From Candidatus Fimousia sp. (lineage in GTDB: Bacteria; Bacillota; Clostridia; Lachnospirales; Lachnospiraceae), in contig JAZLGR010000017.1 of assembly GCA_045616445.1 (NCBI GenBank), forward strand, positions 2,202 through 66,201: DNA of 64,000 bases, in the 5' to 3' direction. This document shows, one piece after another, positions 10,310 to 19,511 of this stretch. The translations under genes were made by a program, and so were the position numbers. The notes under the pieces were generated by a model. It worked only from the letters and a program-made list of their open reading frames with translations, was not told where the DNA came from and ran no database searches. Position 1 is the first letter of the stretch. The number at the start of each line of letters is the position of its first letter.

Positions 10310-11338
10310 TTATTTATTCGTTAAATGTGTATATCGATCAATTACCTGCACTGGCAGGGTAATGCGTTTTTTCTTGATAGGTTTCTGATTGATCTGTTTT
10401 AACAGAAGCTTGACTGCTTCCTCTGCGATCTTTTCGATTGGCTGTTTGATGGTGCTGATTTCCGGATAGAATAAGTTCACCGCGTCGGTGCCGTCGTAGG
10501 CTACGATTTTGATGTCCTCCGGAATCCGCCTGCCCATGCTTCTTGCGACGATTGCATACTGGATGGCTGCATAATCTGTCGCCATAATTCCGTCGATGTC
10601 AGGATGCTTGGCAAATACTTCCCTGGCCTGCTCCCTGTACTTCTCAGCATCAACGATTCCTAAGCTCAGTCGTTCATGATACTTGATCTTGGCTTTTTTT
10701 ACTGCTTTTTCAAATGCGATGTGTCGCTCCACAAATGGGAACAGCTTGGTGGAGATTTCCTTCTCTTTCTCCCTGTACTTAATCTCCTGGGTCACCGTAT
10801 CCCTGACCTGGAAAATGTGTCTGCAGCCGGCTTGAACGAGCATCTCTGCTGCCTTTTTCCCGCCCTTTTTGTGGTTGGCACATACCATTGGAATATCGTC
10901 AGATAAAATACTGTCGATGGATACCACCGGTCTTGTGATCTCCGCATAGCTTCCCTGTTTGAGCAAGTTGGATGTGGTGATGACCCCGTCCACTAAGTTA
11001 CGGTTTACCATATCTAAGAATGCTTCCTCATTGGTCTGTTCCCCATCGCTACAGCAAAGCATGGTCTTATAGCCTTCCTTGCGGAGCAGATATTCAATTT
11101 CCTTTAACAATGCTGCGAAGAACAGATCAGAAACATCTGGCACGATGACTGCCACGGAATTGGTTCTGTTCTGCTGCAGATTTCTTGCAAGCTCGTTGGG
11201 TACGTAATGGAGCTCTTCAATGACCGCCTGTACCTTCGCTCTGGTCTCTTCCGACACATATCCGGTGCCGTTAATTACTCGTGATGCCGTTGCAATACCA
11301 ACGCCTGCTCGCTTTGCAACATCAGTAATACTCGCCAT
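10310..11338 (-). CDS. LacI family transcriptional regulator (ScrR-like)
   Basis: N-terminal HTH MASITDVAKRAGVGIATASRVING plus a periplasmic-binding-protein-like core. Upstream of the GH32 gene. Confidence 0.88.
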   Translation of the reverse strand: MASITDVAKRAGVGIATASRVINGTGYVSEETRAKVQAVIEELHYVPNELARNLQQNRTNSVAVIVPDVSDLFFAALLKEIEYLLRKEGYKTMLCCSDGEQTNEEAFLDMVNRNLVDGVITTSNLLKQGSYAEITRPVVSIDSILSDDIPMVCANHKKGGKKAAEMLVQAGCRHIFQVRDTVTQEIKYREKEKEISTKLFPFVERHIAFEKAVKKAKIKYHERLSLGIVDAEKYREQAREVFAKHPDIDGIMATDYAAIQYAIVARSMGRRIPEDIKIVAYDGTDAVNLFYPEISTIKQPIEKIAEEAVKLLLKQINQKPIKKKRITLPVQVIDRYTHLTNK

Positions 11339-11399
11339 TTTATAACCTCTGTTTATACATTATAACCTTGCTATCTTTAACCCCTGATTGTCCTCTTCT

Positions 11400-11415
11400 A
11401 TGGAAAGGTTTCCAT
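11400..11415. promoter_or_regulatory. candidate LacI-family operator 1 (ATGGAAAGGTTTCCAT)
   Basis: 16-bp near-palindrome upstream of the LacI-type regulator/GH32 operon. Confidence 0.5.
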
Positions 11416-11433
11416 AAGAGGGCAATAAAAAAT

Positions 11434-11449
11434 ATGGAAACCTTTCCAT
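11434..11449. promoter_or_regulatory. candidate LacI-family operator 2 (ATGGAAACCTTTCCAT)
   Basis: Exact reverse complement of operator 1, with centres 34 bp apart. Confidence 0.5.
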
Positions 11450-11513
11450 AAACAAAAACTATCTTATAACGTAGAATTTTATCTGTCAATATAATTTTAT
11501 TAAAATATTGTAT

Positions 11514-11545
11514 AGAAAAAGGAACAGACTTTTTTAATCTGTTCC
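11514..11545 (-). terminator. intrinsic terminator after the DUF1934 gene
   Basis: GGAACAGA/TCTGTTCC stem followed by UUUUUCU on the minus strand. Confidence 0.7.
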
Positions 11546-11553
11546 TTCTATAT

Positions 11554-11976
11554 CTACTGTTTTGCCTTGACCTCCACCTTGATCGTGCAGTCGGAGACGA
11601 ATCTGCCGTCCACCGCAAGGCTATAATCGATGGCGAGATCCATCTTGTCAATGGTCTCCGTAAAATCGATTTTGGTTGTGGTCACGCCCATCAGCATGCT
11701 GCCAAATGGCGTATTATAATAGGATAAGTTTTCCTTGTGTTTTTCAAAGACCATATGGCTGCTGCCCAATCCCTTGCGGATGACATCCACCTGGTCTCCG
11801 GCAATCTTCACCGTATTCTTGGTCACTTCCCCGTCTTCGTCATATTCGTCGTAGATCAGGTAATGCTTATTGTTTCGAAAATGATAGGTGCCCGGCACCA
11901 TAATAACGATGGGATCCTTGCCACCATCGGTTTCATACTGCACACCGGATACCGTAATCAATACGTCTTTTGTCAT
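11554..11976 (-). CDS. DUF1934 (YwiB-like) beta-barrel protein
   Basis: 140 aa. The pattern VLITVSGVQYETDG...VPGTYHFRNNKHYLIYDEY matches my recollection of the DUF1934 family. Confidence 0.65.
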   Translation of the reverse strand: MTKDVLITVSGVQYETDGGKDPIVIMVPGTYHFRNNKHYLIYDEYDEDGEVTKNTVKIAGDQVDVIRKGLGSSHMVFEKHKENLSYYNTPFGSMLMGVTTTKIDFTETIDKMDLAIDYSLAVDGRFVSDCTIKVEVKAKQ

Positions 11977-11993
11977 AAATTCTCTATTCCTAA

Positions 11994-12797
11994 CTAATAT
12001 TTTTCAATGTCGATGTTATGCACTTTCCTCACGGAATGACTGAGCACATTGTTCGCAAAGGATGCGAAGGTGTCATTCACGTCGCTGGCATAATATTCAT
12101 ATACAGGCTGCTCCTTGGACTGTCTCAGCATATCGTGGGATTCCAAGAGCGCCTTCAGGCTTTTGGCTGTCTCAAAGGCCGGATTGACCAGCTTCACATG
12201 CTGTCCCACAAATCGCTTGATCGGACTGTATAACAGTGGATAGTGGGTACATCCAAGAACGATGGTATCAATCTCATATTGATGGAATTCACTTAAGTAG
12301 CGGCGAATCATATCATCCGTCACCCGGTCCTCGATCATCCCCTCCTCAACGAGAGGCACAAACAGTGGACAGGCTTTGGTGAATACTACGTTGTCCGGAT
12401 TCAGCTCGTGAAGATACTCTTCATAGATGCGACTCTTCACCGTTGCTCTTGTGCAAATGACTCCGATTCGGTTGGTCTTTGTGGCAAGGGCTGCAGTGAC
12501 TGCCCCCGGTTCTACCACACCGATGATCGGAATGTCAAATTCCTTCTGAAGTACGTCTAATGCCAGTGCACTTGCTGTGTTACAGGCAATTACGATGGCC
12601 TTCACATTCTTGGTCTTTAAGAAACGGCAGATTTGTTCGGAAAATCGAATGATTGCCTCTTTGGATTTGGTTCCGTAAGGAACTCTGGCTGTATCACCAA
12701 AATATATTAAATTCTCATATGGAAGCTGTCTGATGATTTCCCGGGTAACAGTAAGGCCTCCTACCCCTGAATCAAAAATTCCAATCGGTGCATCCAT
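11994..12797 (-). CDS. murI: glutamate racemase
   Basis: PIGIFDSGVGGLTV, active-site blocks ACNTAS and GCTHYP. Confidence 0.93.
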   Translation of the reverse strand: MDAPIGIFDSGVGGLTVTREIIRQLPYENLIYFGDTARVPYGTKSKEAIIRFSEQICRFLKTKNVKAIVIACNTASALALDVLQKEFDIPIIGVVEPGAVTAALATKTNRIGVICTRATVKSRIYEEYLHELNPDNVVFTKACPLFVPLVEEGMIEDRVTDDMIRRYLSEFHQYEIDTIVLGCTHYPLLYSPIKRFVGQHVKLVNPAFETAKSLKALLESHDMLRQSKEQPVYEYYASDVNDTFASFANNVLSHSVRKVHNIDIEKY

Positions 12798-12809
12798 AGT
12801 AACTCTCCT

Positions 12810-13859
12810 TTAAAATCTTTCGTATGCAAGATCAATGAGCTTCTGTACCAGCTCGTCGGTTTCAATACCACGTGCTCTCCATAACATTGGATACATACTG
12901 ATTGCTGTAAAGCCTGGTAAAGTATTGATTTCGTTGAAGATTACTTTGCCTTCCTCTGTTACGAAGAAATCCACACGGGAGAGGCCGAAGCCGTCTACTG
13001 CCTTAAAGATACGCTTTGCGTAGCTTCTGATACGGTCTGCTGCGTGAGGTGGAAGTACAGGATCTGTGATTGTCTTGGATTCTGCATTGTTATACTTCGC
13101 ATCAAAATCATAGAATTCTGCTGCAGATACGATTTCGCCAACGCCGGAAGCTTCCACGTCCTTGCCGCCTAAAACTGCACATTCGATTTCGCGGCCAACG
13201 ATGGTTTCTTCTACTAAGATCTTTCTGTCATGCTTTGCAGCAACCAACAGAGCATTGATCAGTTCTTCGCGGTTGTGGGCTTTATTCACCCCCTGAGAAG
13301 AGCCTGCACAGGATGGCTTAACGAATACCGGATAATCTAACTGGTCTTCAATCAGTTCGATGGTATCGTCCATATCATCTAACATGGCAAGACGTACATC
13401 CACAAAATCTGCCTGATAGATGCCGATCTTATCTACAACTACTTTTGTATATACTTTATCCATGGAAATGGCAGATGCTAAGACGCCACATCCAACGTAA
13501 GGAATCTGTGCCAGTTCTAAAAGGCCCTGAACAGTTCCATCTTCTCCATTCAGTCCATGAAGAACAGGGAATACCACATCGATCTTTTCTGTGCGGTAAC
13601 CATCTCCCTCAAAGATCACAAGTTCTTTCTTTAATGTATCAGGAGAGATCATGGCGCGAACCTGGGAGTTTCTCCAGCTTCCATCTGCGATATCGTCGAT
13701 ACTGTCTACGTAGAGCCAGCTGCCTTCCCTGGTGATCCCTACTAATATCGTATTATATAATGCTTCATTTATATTTTTAATCACGGTCTGTGCGGAGATG
13801 CAGGATACATCATGTTCAGAGGAACGTCCACCAAATAATACAACTATATTCTTTTTCAT
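12810..13859 (-). CDS. ddl: D-alanine--D-alanine ligase
   Basis: MKKNIVVLFGGRSSEHDVS, ATP-grasp body, C-terminal NEINTLPGFT. Start set at ATG 13859 (GAGGT 7 nt upstream) rather than track 13898. Confidence 0.92.
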   Translation of the reverse strand: MKKNIVVLFGGRSSEHDVSCISAQTVIKNINEALYNTILVGITREGSWLYVDSIDDIADGSWRNSQVRAMISPDTLKKELVIFEGDGYRTEKIDVVFPVLHGLNGEDGTVQGLLELAQIPYVGCGVLASAISMDKVYTKVVVDKIGIYQADFVDVRLAMLDDMDDTIELIEDQLDYPVFVKPSCAGSSQGVNKAHNREELINALLVAAKHDRKILVEETIVGREIECAVLGGKDVEASGVGEIVSAAEFYDFDAKYNNAESKTITDPVLPPHAADRIRSYAKRIFKAVDGFGLSRVDFFVTEEGKVIFNEINTLPGFTAISMYPMLWRARGIETDELVQKLIDLAYERF

Positions 13860-14040
13860 TCTAATTACCTCATTCTGGAAATAGCGATTTCTACCCATTG
13901 TTCTATTCTACTCAATTTTACCCCATGCCTTATGTTTTTTCAAGATTGTTATATATGTGACACATTGCAATGATATTTCAAAAGGAGTAAGATAGTTTTT
14001 AGATAAAATATGATAGAAATCACAATTTGGAGGATATACT

Positions 14041-14985
14041 ATGGAAAATCTTATGTTTAGTCTGAACGCCACCATGCCCCTCTTTCTTCTGATGGTATGT
14101 GGCGGCGTATTTAAAAAGATTGGATGGATCGACGATATATTTGCAACGAAGATGAATGGCTTTGTATTCAAGGTGGCACTGCCGGTTATGGTCTTCCACG
14201 ACCTGGCAACGGTGGATTTCTTCGAGGCCTGGGATACGACCTTTGTCCTCTTCTGCTTCTTCGTCACCGCCATCAGCATTCTCATCTCTGCAACGGTCTC
14301 CCTCTTCTTTGACAAATCCATCCGCGGAGAGTTCATTCAGGGCTCCTACCGTAGCAGCGCAGCCCTTCTTGGCATTGCATTTATTCAGAATATCTATGGT
14401 ACCTCCGGGATGGGCCCCCTCATGATCATCGGAAGCGTACCTCTCTATAATATTGTAGCAGTTCTTGTCCTCACCCTCTTTAAGCCGGGCAATGACGGCA
14501 AATTAGATGCCAAACTGGTGAAGAAAACCATCATCGGCATCCTGAAGAATCCGATCATCATCGGTATCGTCATTGGGTTCTTATGGTGCGCATTGAAGAT
14601 TCCAATGCCAGTCATCTTAGAAAAGACAACCAGCAAGCTTGGCGCCGTTGCTTCCCCACTCGGTCTCATGGCCATGGGTGCATCCTTTGATATCCGTCAG
14701 GCTACCGGAAAGATTGGACCGGCACTTACTGCCAGCGCCTTAAAGCTTGTGGGCTTTTGCGCAGCATTTCTTCCAATTGCAGCCAAACTTGGCTTTTACG
14801 ATGAGAAGATGATTGCCATTTTAGTTATGCTTGGCTCCTGCTCCACCGTGGCAGGCTATGTCATGGCAAAGAACATGGGACACGAGGGAGTCGTTTCTGC
14901 AAGCTGTGTCATGCTGACCACCATGCTCTCTGCATTTACCTTAACCTTCTGGCTCTTTGTCCTTCGCAGCTTTGGTCTTGTATAA
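14041..14985 (+). CDS. AEC family transporter
   Basis: 314-aa polytopic membrane protein. GGAGG SD lies before ATG 14041. Same family look as 3517..4455. Confidence 0.75.
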   Translation: MENLMFSLNATMPLFLLMVCGGVFKKIGWIDDIFATKMNGFVFKVALPVMVFHDLATVDFFEAWDTTFVLFCFFVTAISILISATVSLFFDKSIRGEFIQGSYRSSAALLGIAFIQNIYGTSGMGPLMIIGSVPLYNIVAVLVLTLFKPGNDGKLDAKLVKKTIIGILKNPIIIGIVIGFLWCALKIPMPVILEKTTSKLGAVASPLGLMAMGASFDIRQATGKIGPALTASALKLVGFCAAFLPIAAKLGFYDEKMIAILVMLGSCSTVAGYVMAKNMGHEGVVSASCVMLTTMLSAFTLTFWLFVLRSFGLV

Positions 14986-15082
14986 CAAATTATTATAAGT
15001 ATAAATTATTTGACATCCAAACAATATATTGCTATTTTATATTTGAGTAATAAAAAATCGTTTATATTGAGAGGAACAAAAC

Positions 15083-16294
15083 ATGAATATCGTTAAGAAA
15101 ATCTACTGCCGTGTCTTCCAGACCGGATTAAGAATTGCACTTCCATTTCTTCCATATAGAAAGCCAAGAATCTTAAAGAGCGTGGATGATATCCCGGGAG
15201 TATTATTAAAGAAAAAACTCGATACCGTACTGATCGTTACAGACCCTGGCATCTCTGGTCTTGGACTAACCTTACACTTACAGGATGTCCTGACAGAAGC
15301 CGGTATCAATTATATCTTATATGATGAAACTGCAGCCAATCCAACCACAGACAACGTGGATGAAACCATGGCACTTTACCTTGAGAATGGCTGTAAAGCC
15401 ATCATTGGTTTCGGCGGTGGCTCTTCCATGGACTGTGCCAAGGCAACCGGTGCCAAAATCGCAAAGCCAAAACAGCCTCTTTCCAAGATGGAAGGTATCT
15501 TAAAGGTACATAAGAAGATTCCGCCACTTTTCGCAATCCCAACAACTGCTGGTACCGGAAGTGAAGCAACTCTTGCTGCAGTCATTGTAGATTCTGAAAC
15601 AAGACATAAGTATGCCATCAACGACTTCCCACTGATTCCACGTTACGCAGTATTAGATCCGAAGGTAACCACATCCCTTCCACCATTCATCACTGCAACA
15701 ACTGGTATGGATGCCCTTACCCATGCGGTAGAAGCCTACATTGGCCGTTCCACCACACCGGGAACCAGAGCTGATGCGTTGATTGCGACGGAACTCATTT
15801 TCAAAAATCTGGACACCGCTTACTATAACGGCGAAGACCTTCAGGCAAGAAAGCAGATGCTTCACGCTGCTTACTACGCAGGCTGTTCCTTTACAAAATC
15901 CTACGTTGGTTATGTCCATGCCATCGCACATTCCGTTGGCGGACAGTACAATGTACCTCACGGCCTTGCCAATGCCATCATTCTTCCAATGTTATTAGAA
16001 GCTTATGGCCCAGCCATCCATGAAAAATTAAAACGTCTGGCAATCGCAGCTGACGTGGCAACAGAAGACACAGATGCCGAAACAGCAGCAGAAGCATTTA
16101 TCCAGGCAATCAAGGACATGAAGAGACGCTACGGAATCGGCGATACCATCCCGGAAATCGTAAAAGACGACATTCCGAAGCTTGCAAAATACGCAGACAA
16201 AGAAGCAAACCCTCTCTATCCGGTTCCAGTGCTGATGAATGCCGGCGAACTGGCACATTTTTATGAACAGCTTCTTGAGGAGGAAGAAGAATAA
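15083..16294 (+). CDS. iron-containing (group III) alcohol dehydrogenase
   Basis: GFGGGSSMDCAK glycine motif and His-rich metal site (HAIAHSVGGQYNVPHG). Confidence 0.88.
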   Translation: MNIVKKIYCRVFQTGLRIALPFLPYRKPRILKSVDDIPGVLLKKKLDTVLIVTDPGISGLGLTLHLQDVLTEAGINYILYDETAANPTTDNVDETMALYLENGCKAIIGFGGGSSMDCAKATGAKIAKPKQPLSKMEGILKVHKKIPPLFAIPTTAGTGSEATLAAVIVDSETRHKYAINDFPLIPRYAVLDPKVTTSLPPFITATTGMDALTHAVEAYIGRSTTPGTRADALIATELIFKNLDTAYYNGEDLQARKQMLHAAYYAGCSFTKSYVGYVHAIAHSVGGQYNVPHGLANAIILPMLLEAYGPAIHEKLKRLAIAADVATEDTDAETAAEAFIQAIKDMKRRYGIGDTIPEIVKDDIPKLAKYADKEANPLYPVPVLMNAGELAHFYEQLLEEEEE

Positions 16295-17673
16295 TGACAG
16301 GTGAAGAAATCAGAGCAATCGTAGCGCGTCAGAGAGCGTATTTCTACGAAGGCCATACCTTAGATATTGAAGAACGAATCAAATCCCTTGGTCGCTTAAA
16401 AAAGGCCATGCAGAAATATGAAAAGGAAATCGGTGAAGCCATCCAGGCCGATTTAGGCAAAAGTGCATTTGAAAGCTATATGTGCGAGACCGGGATTACC
16501 TTATCCGAAATTTCCTACATGGAAAAGCACACAAGAAAATTCGCAAAGGAAAAACGAGTGAAGACTCCGCTGGCACAGTATGTGTCCCGCAGCTATAAGC
16601 TTCCATCTCCACACGGCGTAGTGCTCATCATGAGCCCATGGAACTATCCGGTACTCCTTTCCTTAGAACCACTGGTGGATGCAGTGGCTGCCGGCAACAC
16701 CGTTGTGTTAAAGCCAAGTGCTTACTCTCCTAATACCAGCGCCATCATTGAACGCATCGTGCAGGAATCCTTCCCACCGGAACACGTAACTGTAGTAACA
16801 GGTGGCCGCGAAGAGAACACTGCTCTCTTAGAAGAGAAATTCGACTATATCTTCTTTACCGGAAGTCAGGCAGTCGGCAAGATTGTTATGGAAAAAGCAT
16901 CCAGATATCTGACACCGGTTACCTTAGAGCTTGGCGGAAAGAGCCCATGTATTGTGGATAAAACTGCCAATATCAAGCTTGCTGCAAAGCGTATCGTATG
17001 GGGCAAATACTTAAACTGTGGTCAGACCTGCGTGGCACCGGACTACATCTACTGTGACGGTGAGATCAAGGACGAATTGATCGAAGAGATCATCAAGCAG
17101 ATCCGCAAGCAGTTTGGCAAGGATCCATTACAGAATAAAAACTATGGAAAAATCATCAATGACAAGCATTTCAACCGTATTGTGGGACTGATTGATCCAG
17201 AGAAAGTCGTTGTAGGCGGACGAATCAATGAAACTACATGCCAGATTGCGCCAACTGTGATGAATAATGTAACATTTGACGATGCAATCATGCAGGAAGA
17301 GATCTTCGGACCGGTTCTTCCAATCCTTACCTACACTGATATCGTGGATGCTGTTGGCAAGATCAATTCCATGGCTCATCCACTGGCATTGTATATCTTC
17401 AGCTCTGACAAGACCATCATCGATTATGTGACCAATTCTGTCGGATTTGGCGGTGGCTGTGTGAATGATACCATCATCCACCTGGCAACCTCTGAAATGG
17501 GCTTCGGTGGATTCGGTGAAAGCGGCATGGGTTCCTATCATGGCAAAGACGGTTTCGATACCTTCTCCCATTATAAGAGCATTGTAGATAAGAAAACCTG
17601 GCTGGATCTTCCAATGCGATATCAGCCATTCAGAAAGATCAATGAGATGCTGATTCATTTCTTCCTGAAATAG
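16294..17673 (+). CDS. aldehyde dehydrogenase (class 3-like, NAD(P)+)
   Basis: ELGGKSP and catalytic-Cys block NCGQTCVAPDY. The start overlaps the ADH stop (TAATG). Confidence 0.88.
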   Translation: MTGEEIRAIVARQRAYFYEGHTLDIEERIKSLGRLKKAMQKYEKEIGEAIQADLGKSAFESYMCETGITLSEISYMEKHTRKFAKEKRVKTPLAQYVSRSYKLPSPHGVVLIMSPWNYPVLLSLEPLVDAVAAGNTVVLKPSAYSPNTSAIIERIVQESFPPEHVTVVTGGREENTALLEEKFDYIFFTGSQAVGKIVMEKASRYLTPVTLELGGKSPCIVDKTANIKLAAKRIVWGKYLNCGQTCVAPDYIYCDGEIKDELIEEIIKQIRKQFGKDPLQNKNYGKIINDKHFNRIVGLIDPEKVVVGGRINETTCQIAPTVMNNVTFDDAIMQEEIFGPVLPILTYTDIVDAVGKINSMAHPLALYIFSSDKTIIDYVTNSVGFGGGCVNDTIIHLATSEMGFGGFGESGMGSYHGKDGFDTFSHYKSIVDKKTWLDLPMRYQPFRKINEMLIHFFLK

Positions 17674-17715
17674 TGGTTTTAGAATAGATATTCCGAAATA
17701 GAATGACAGAGCACA

Positions 17716-17750
17716 AAATCCCCGGAAATTGATTTCCCGGGGATTTATTA
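17716..17750. terminator. bidirectional terminator between the ALDH and GntR genes
   Basis: AAATCCCCGG/CCGGGGATTT 10-bp stem between convergent genes. Confidence 0.75.
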
Positions 17751-17757
17751 TTGCACA

Positions 17758-18432
17758 TTATTTTTTATTGATATTCTTGATTACTGTAATTTCCTGATTG
17801 TAGATATGGCCCTTCATGAGTTTTCTTGCCCGTTCGCCATCACCATCGAAGATGGCATCGGTAATCTGGCGATGTTCCTTTACCAGTGTCTGATGGTAAG
17901 CAACATCCTTAACATATTCCAGACGGTAGCGGTAGATCAGCTCTCTTAAGTTGTTTACAATGACAGTCAGTCTAGGGTTATCTACGATATCGAAGATGAC
18001 ATCGTGGAAATCCATATCCTTATCTGCGATTTCTGCAAAATCTCCAGATTCTACTGCTTTTTCAAAGGAGAGAAGCGCATCGCGAAGATCCTTTCTTCCA
18101 TCCTCTGTAATGCGAGAAGATGCAAGGGATGCGCCAAGCTCTTCCAATGCACATCTTACATCCAGTACATCGCGAAGATCCTTTTCTGTAATTCTGGCTA
18201 CTTCTGCACCTTTACGAGGAATCATCACAACAAGTCCTTCTAATTCCAGCTTACGGATGGCTTCTCTGACTGGTGTACGGCTAACGCCGAGACGTTCTGC
18301 CAGCGCAATCTCCATGAGACGTTCACCAGGTGCGAATTCACCTGTAATAATTGCTTTTCTTAAAATATTAAATACTACATCACGAAGTGGTAAATATTCG
18401 TTGATATTCACCTTCAGTTTATCGCTACTCAT
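17758..18432 (-). CDS. GntR family (FadR/FCD subfamily) transcriptional regulator
   Basis: wHTH LAERLGVSRTPVREAIRKLELEGLV plus a helical FCD-like C-terminal domain. Confidence 0.88.
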   Translation of the reverse strand: MSSDKLKVNINEYLPLRDVVFNILRKAIITGEFAPGERLMEIALAERLGVSRTPVREAIRKLELEGLVVMIPRKGAEVARITEKDLRDVLDVRCALEELGASLASSRITEDGRKDLRDALLSFEKAVESGDFAEIADKDMDFHDVIFDIVDNPRLTVIVNNLRELIYRYRLEYVKDVAYHQTLVKEHRQITDAIFDGDGERARKLMKGHIYNQEITVIKNINKK

Positions 18433-18435
18433 CTT

Positions 18436-19317
18436 TTATACTCCCTGTTTTTTCACGTTAAATGGTTTTACCACATATGCCTGCTTGATGAAGTCAAACT
18501 TGCGCATGCCTTCTAAAGCCTTCTTTGCTGTTTCTTTACTATCATAAATACCAAAAATAGTTGGGCCGCTGCCACTCATCAGAGAATTGATCGCGCCTGC
18601 ATCTCTCATATACTGCTTGATCTCCTCGATCATTGGATAATCCTTGCAGGTTACGGTTTCGAGCACATTCTCAAGGCGGTCACAGATGCCCTGTAAATCC
18701 TGATTCTTCAGTGCATCCACGATACCGTCGATATCTGGATGTTCTTCTAATTCATTGGCTCTTAAATTCTGGTATACATACTTTGTAGATACGCTGATTC
18801 CTGGTTTTGCCAGTAGGATATAGCAGTCTGGCATTGGTGGAAGTGGCGTTAAGATCTCGCCGATTCCTTCAGATAAGCAGGTTCCTCTCATCACACAGTA
18901 AGGAACGTCTGCGCCTAAAGTAACACCATAGTCCATCAACTGCTGTTTGGTTAATTTCAGATTAAATAAGCGGTTCATGCCAACCAAAGTTGCTGCGCAG
19001 TCTGTACTTCCTCCAGCCATGCCTGCTGCAACCGGAATCTTCTTCTCCAAAGAGATCTCAACCCCTTCTTTGATGTTATATTCCTTCTTTAAAAGCTCTG
19101 CCGCTTTGTAGATTAAATTGTTCTTGTTTGTAGGAAGGAAAGACAGATTCACAGATAAACGAATCTCATCTTCCGGAATTACCTTCATTGTGATCAGGTC
19201 ATAAAGTTCCACAGTCTGCATGATCATGCGAAGCTCGTGATATCCATCTTCGCGTTTTCTGACTACATCCAGACCAAGGTTAATCTTGCCATAAGCACGT
19301 AACTGTAACTCTTTCAT
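18436..19317 (-). CDS. ispE: 4-(cytidine 5'-diphospho)-2-C-methyl-D-erythritol kinase
   Basis: GHMP kinase motif KKIPVAAGMAGGSTDCAA and N-terminal AYGKINLGLDV. Confidence 0.92.
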   Translation of the reverse strand: MKELQLRAYGKINLGLDVVRKREDGYHELRMIMQTVELYDLITMKVIPEDEIRLSVNLSFLPTNKNNLIYKAAELLKKEYNIKEGVEISLEKKIPVAAGMAGGSTDCAATLVGMNRLFNLKLTKQQLMDYGVTLGADVPYCVMRGTCLSEGIGEILTPLPPMPDCYILLAKPGISVSTKYVYQNLRANELEEHPDIDGIVDALKNQDLQGICDRLENVLETVTCKDYPMIEEIKQYMRDAGAINSLMSGSGPTIFGIYDSKETAKKALEGMRKFDFIKQAYVVKPFNVKKQGV

Positions 19318-19463
19318 AACTTCTCCTTATTGGTTTAACCCGTTTTTGTCTTTTTATTAGTATTTTACTTTGTCTTATTATAAAAATTGTATTTTTATCC
19401 GTACAATATTCTGTATACATTGTAGCAAAGATTACCAAATTTTTCAATTAAAAAGTACACAAC

Positions 19464-19497
19464 GAAAAAAGAGCTCCGCAGATATTCTGCGAAGCTC
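19464..19497 (-). terminator. intrinsic terminator after ftsH
   Basis: GAGCUUCGCAG/CUGCGGAGCUC stem followed by U6 on the minus strand. Confidence 0.8.
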
Positions 19498-19511
19498 ATA
19501 ACTTTAATCTA

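Noticed and set aside
11340-11651. 103-aa minus-strand ORF spanning the scrR upstream region and the end of the DUF1934 gene.
   Set aside because: It overlaps a real gene, runs through a terminator and the operator pair, and has an Arg/Ser-rich, nonsense-like sequence.
13908-14336. 142-aa minus-strand ORF opposite the start of the AEC transporter gene.
   Set aside because: It overlaps the SD-supported plus-strand transporter gene and the ddl promoter region, and there is no supporting signal.
17951-18547. 198-aa plus-strand ORF. Similar long antisense ORFs occur at 1350..1835, 20326..20895, 29550..30053, 50780..51226, 52684..53154 and 62773..63225.
   Set aside because: Each lies entirely opposite a confidently identified gene (GntR/ispE, uvrB, ftsH, TPR, glgB, nth, deacetylase). 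They have Ser/Arg/Leu-rich low-complexity translations and no SD, so they are shadow ORFs.
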